From: Negaprion brevirostris
Lineage: Eukaryota
DNA length: 64,000 nucleotides
Reading direction: 5' to 3'
Assembly: GCA_030324005.1 (NCBI GenBank)
Contig: JARDVH010000084.1
Span: 55,597,894-55,661,893 of the forward strand
Within the stretch, counting starts at the first letter, position 1. Every line of letters starts with the position of its first letter. Below are positions 61,446 through 64,000 of this stretch, one piece after another. The translations under genes and the position numbers were made by a program. The notes under the pieces were generated by a model. That model had not been told where the DNA came from and did not search any database. It saw only the letters and a program-made list of their open reading frames with translations.

Positions 61446-62069
61446 GATGCTGATGAGCCTCTGATTGGTTGGCAATTCTCAGCAAGCAGGACTTCCACCC
61501 TGGAGTACTTGATCCCAGGGAAAGGCCCACCAGTCACTTCTCAACTGCCTGATTGGCATTTAATATTGGCAGAGCTTCCCAGGAGGAAACAGCATATGGG
61601 TCTTGCCAGCTCTCCATCCGGAAGCTGAGATTCCCGTTGCAGCCATTAAATTGCCCCAAACAAATCTCCAAACATCTACAGAAATATTGCCAATGTTTTA
61701 ATAATTAAGTGACCATAGATACTTGTGAATGTTGAGTTAATCAATTTCAGCTGAGATAATGGCTAGGGCATTATAATTCACATCATGCCCCTATGTTACA
61801 GAGCAGAAAACTCAGGAAGAGTTGCTGCTAGAAAGAATATATCTATGGAAATCAGATGAAGACAAGGTCAGACTGAACTGTGATATTCTCCAAATTCAAC
61901 CAGTTTGCCAAATTTAGCAGCAAATTTAATTGCTTTTCAGTCTGTGCCTCCCTGCCAGTTGTCTCTCGCTATAGTATTTTGGCTCTGTGAAGGGACTCAA
62001 AAATCAAGTCTAATATAACATACCTGTATTATTTAGATAACAATAGGGATTTGACAAAGTAAATTATAC

Positions 62070-62300
62070 TTCTGTGCAGTCCTCAGGGAATAGTATAACA
62101 TTGGAGTCAGATAAGTTGTTAAACTGAGGCTCCATTTTCCCCCTCAGGTGGGCATCTGTGATCCTATGGCAAACAGCAGGGCAGTTCTCCACATTGACCT
62201 GACAAATGTTTATCCCTCAATCATCATCATTTTATTTATTTCATTTTTTGCATGTGGAATTTTGCTATGCATATGTTGGCTGCCACATTTCCTGCAATCA
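62070..62300 (+). mobile_element. DeuSINE (SacSINE1/AmnSINE1-like) central domain relic
   Basis: GTTAAACTGAGGC...CTCAGGTGG...GATCCTATGGC...AGCAGGG.AGTTCTCC...TTTATCCCTCAA...TTGGCTGCC.CATTTCCT follows the Deu-domain motif order as recalled. Confidence 0.7.
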
Positions 62301-63052
62301 AAAATACCTAATTGGTTTATAGTTCATTTTATTTTTAATTGCACTAAATGAAAACTAATTCACTTTATAAAGAAATATTGTCTGTGCATTTACGCTCCAT
62401 AATGTTTATAGTGCAGTGCTTTGAAACCCCTGAGGGAAGAAAATGATGCATACTTTTTACCACTTCAACCATGGCCTGCACAGTGCCCCAGGCTCGGAAA
62501 GGGGAAAAGTGCTAACAATTGTAGCTAACAATGCTACTGTGCCATGCATTTGACAGAGGTGTTTGCAGTAGTCAAATCGTGGCATCAGTCACCCATTCTG
62601 GCTAACTTAATGCATGTTGCTGAAACTTGGAACTGTGTAGGCGCAATAAACACCACTGCATTCATTCAGCTGGAATATGGGAACTTCCCACCTGACCAAT
62701 GTCATTTAAAGGGCCAACCATCCACCTTGCAGGTGAGGGGCTATTGTGTAACATCTGCCTTTGTAATTTACAGGAGTATTGTGACATGTTTTTGCAATGT
62801 TTTGCTGAGTTGATATGTCCATACAGGGAGGGCAGAAGATTTGACCACCATAGTCCTATTGCTCTGAGGCTGAAGGAGGTGGCACAGTTCTGTGACTTAT
62901 TCCTTGTAGAATCTGAGGCATCTCAAAAGTTGTTCCTATCTGAAAACTCATGATAGCTTGGGCTTCTGTGGACAATCCTCCATGCAGAGAGCTGTCCCTC
63001 TCTCCAAACTCTTCCATTTGGCAAACCCAAAGATACAATAATTACAATTGGT

Positions 63053-63832
63053 GGTGGAATTCTCCCAAAGAATTTCTAAATGTCAAATTTCTGTGAAAAT
63101 TGGGCTAATTCACACTTATCAGAGTTCAAAGAACTCTGTGCACTGCAGAAGCCACCATCATGAGTATCATTGAAAGTCAGGGGCCTGATTTGCTGGTGCC
63201 TGACCATTTCGGGGTCTAGACCTGATTTTCCCCCNNNNNNNNNNNNNNNNNNNNNNNNNNNNNNNNNNNNNNNNNNNNNNNNNNNNNNNNNNNNNNNNNN
63301 NNNNNNNNNNNNNNNNNNNNNNNNNNNNNNNNNNNNNNNNNNNNNNNNNNNNNNNNNNNNNNNNNNNNNNNNNNNNNNNNNNNNNNNNNNNNNNNNNNNN
63401 NNNNNNNNNNNNNNNNNNNNNNNNNNNNNNNNNNNNNNNNNNNNNNNNNNNNNNNNNNNNNNNNNNNNNNNNNNNNNNNNNNNNNNNNNNNNNNNNNNNN
63501 NNNNNNNNNNNNNNNNNNNNNNNNNNNNNNNNNNNNNNNNNNNNNNNNNNNNNNNNNNNNNNNNNNNNNNNNNNNNNNNNNNNNNNNNNNNNNNNNNNNN
63601 NNNNNNNNNNNNNNNNNNNNNNNNNNNNNNNNNNNNNNNNNNNNNNNNNNNNNNNNNNNNNNNNNNNNNNNNNNNNNNNNNNNNNNNNNNNNNNNNNNNN
63701 NNNNNNNNNNNNGCTGGGAGACGCAAGCAGGGCACGAACACTTGCACAAACCCCACAAATCAGCCACTATGGGATTCTCCCAGCCTGCTGCACTAAAAAC
63801 TTAGCGCGGCAGAATGGGAGAACCACAGTCCC
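63053..63832. mobile_element. Harbinger-family non-autonomous element(s), gapped
   Basis: GGTGGAATTCTCCCAAAGAATTTCTAAATGTC matches the reverse complement of the 39940-39971 terminus; small hairpin at 63771-63824. Confidence 0.55.
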
Positions 63833-64000
63833 AATATCTGCTATTTGGCCTCTCGCCTGCTCTTGACTTCCATCATTAAGGCTTGCAATGCTATATTTGT
63901 GATCCTCAGAGTTCTATCTCTTCCTTGGTGCTTTAATTTATTTTGCTTATAGTACCAGCCAATTCTACCACAGGTAATCAGCCGTAGCTTCCTTCTAATG

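Noticed and set aside
1-64000. CRISPR arrays, rRNA or prokaryotic operons
   Set aside because: No repeat-spacer periodicity or rRNA motifs; the sequence is eukaryotic and mostly intronic.

Overview
Repeat-dense vertebrate DNA, most likely from a shark or other cartilaginous fish (HE1-type SINEs, HER1/CR1 LINEs), in a gapped draft assembly. The only host gene I can support is the 3' part of a GLIS-family zinc-finger transcription factor, best read as glis1, on the minus strand. It has three phase-compatible coding exons (41010-40832, 30804-30634, 7563-7427) that splice to ...PGPVVLPFSSLVSPRKMLAPALLQR...QAGYQGSFHTVQNTFQYGDSFR...RQNGYHS...DRCLSQLSSVYTET*. A ~1.8 kb 3'UTR follows, with AATAAA at 5613-5608. 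The ORF track does not show the correct frame for any of these exons. The rest is mostly decayed mobile DNA: CR1, L2 and Rex1/Babar LINEs, HE1 and Deu-type SINEs, Penelope-like fragments with hammerhead-like cores, at least five Harbinger transposase relics, a Buster-type hAT with TSD, and Gypsy integrase/LTR pieces. The most unusual observations are a LINE with a tRNA-like head fused directly to its APE-RT ORF, a Harbinger with a possible third spliced gene, small TSD-flanked hammerhead-like units, and inversion-duplications inside two CR1 copies. Family names come from remembered motifs, not database searches, and repeat boundaries are approximate.
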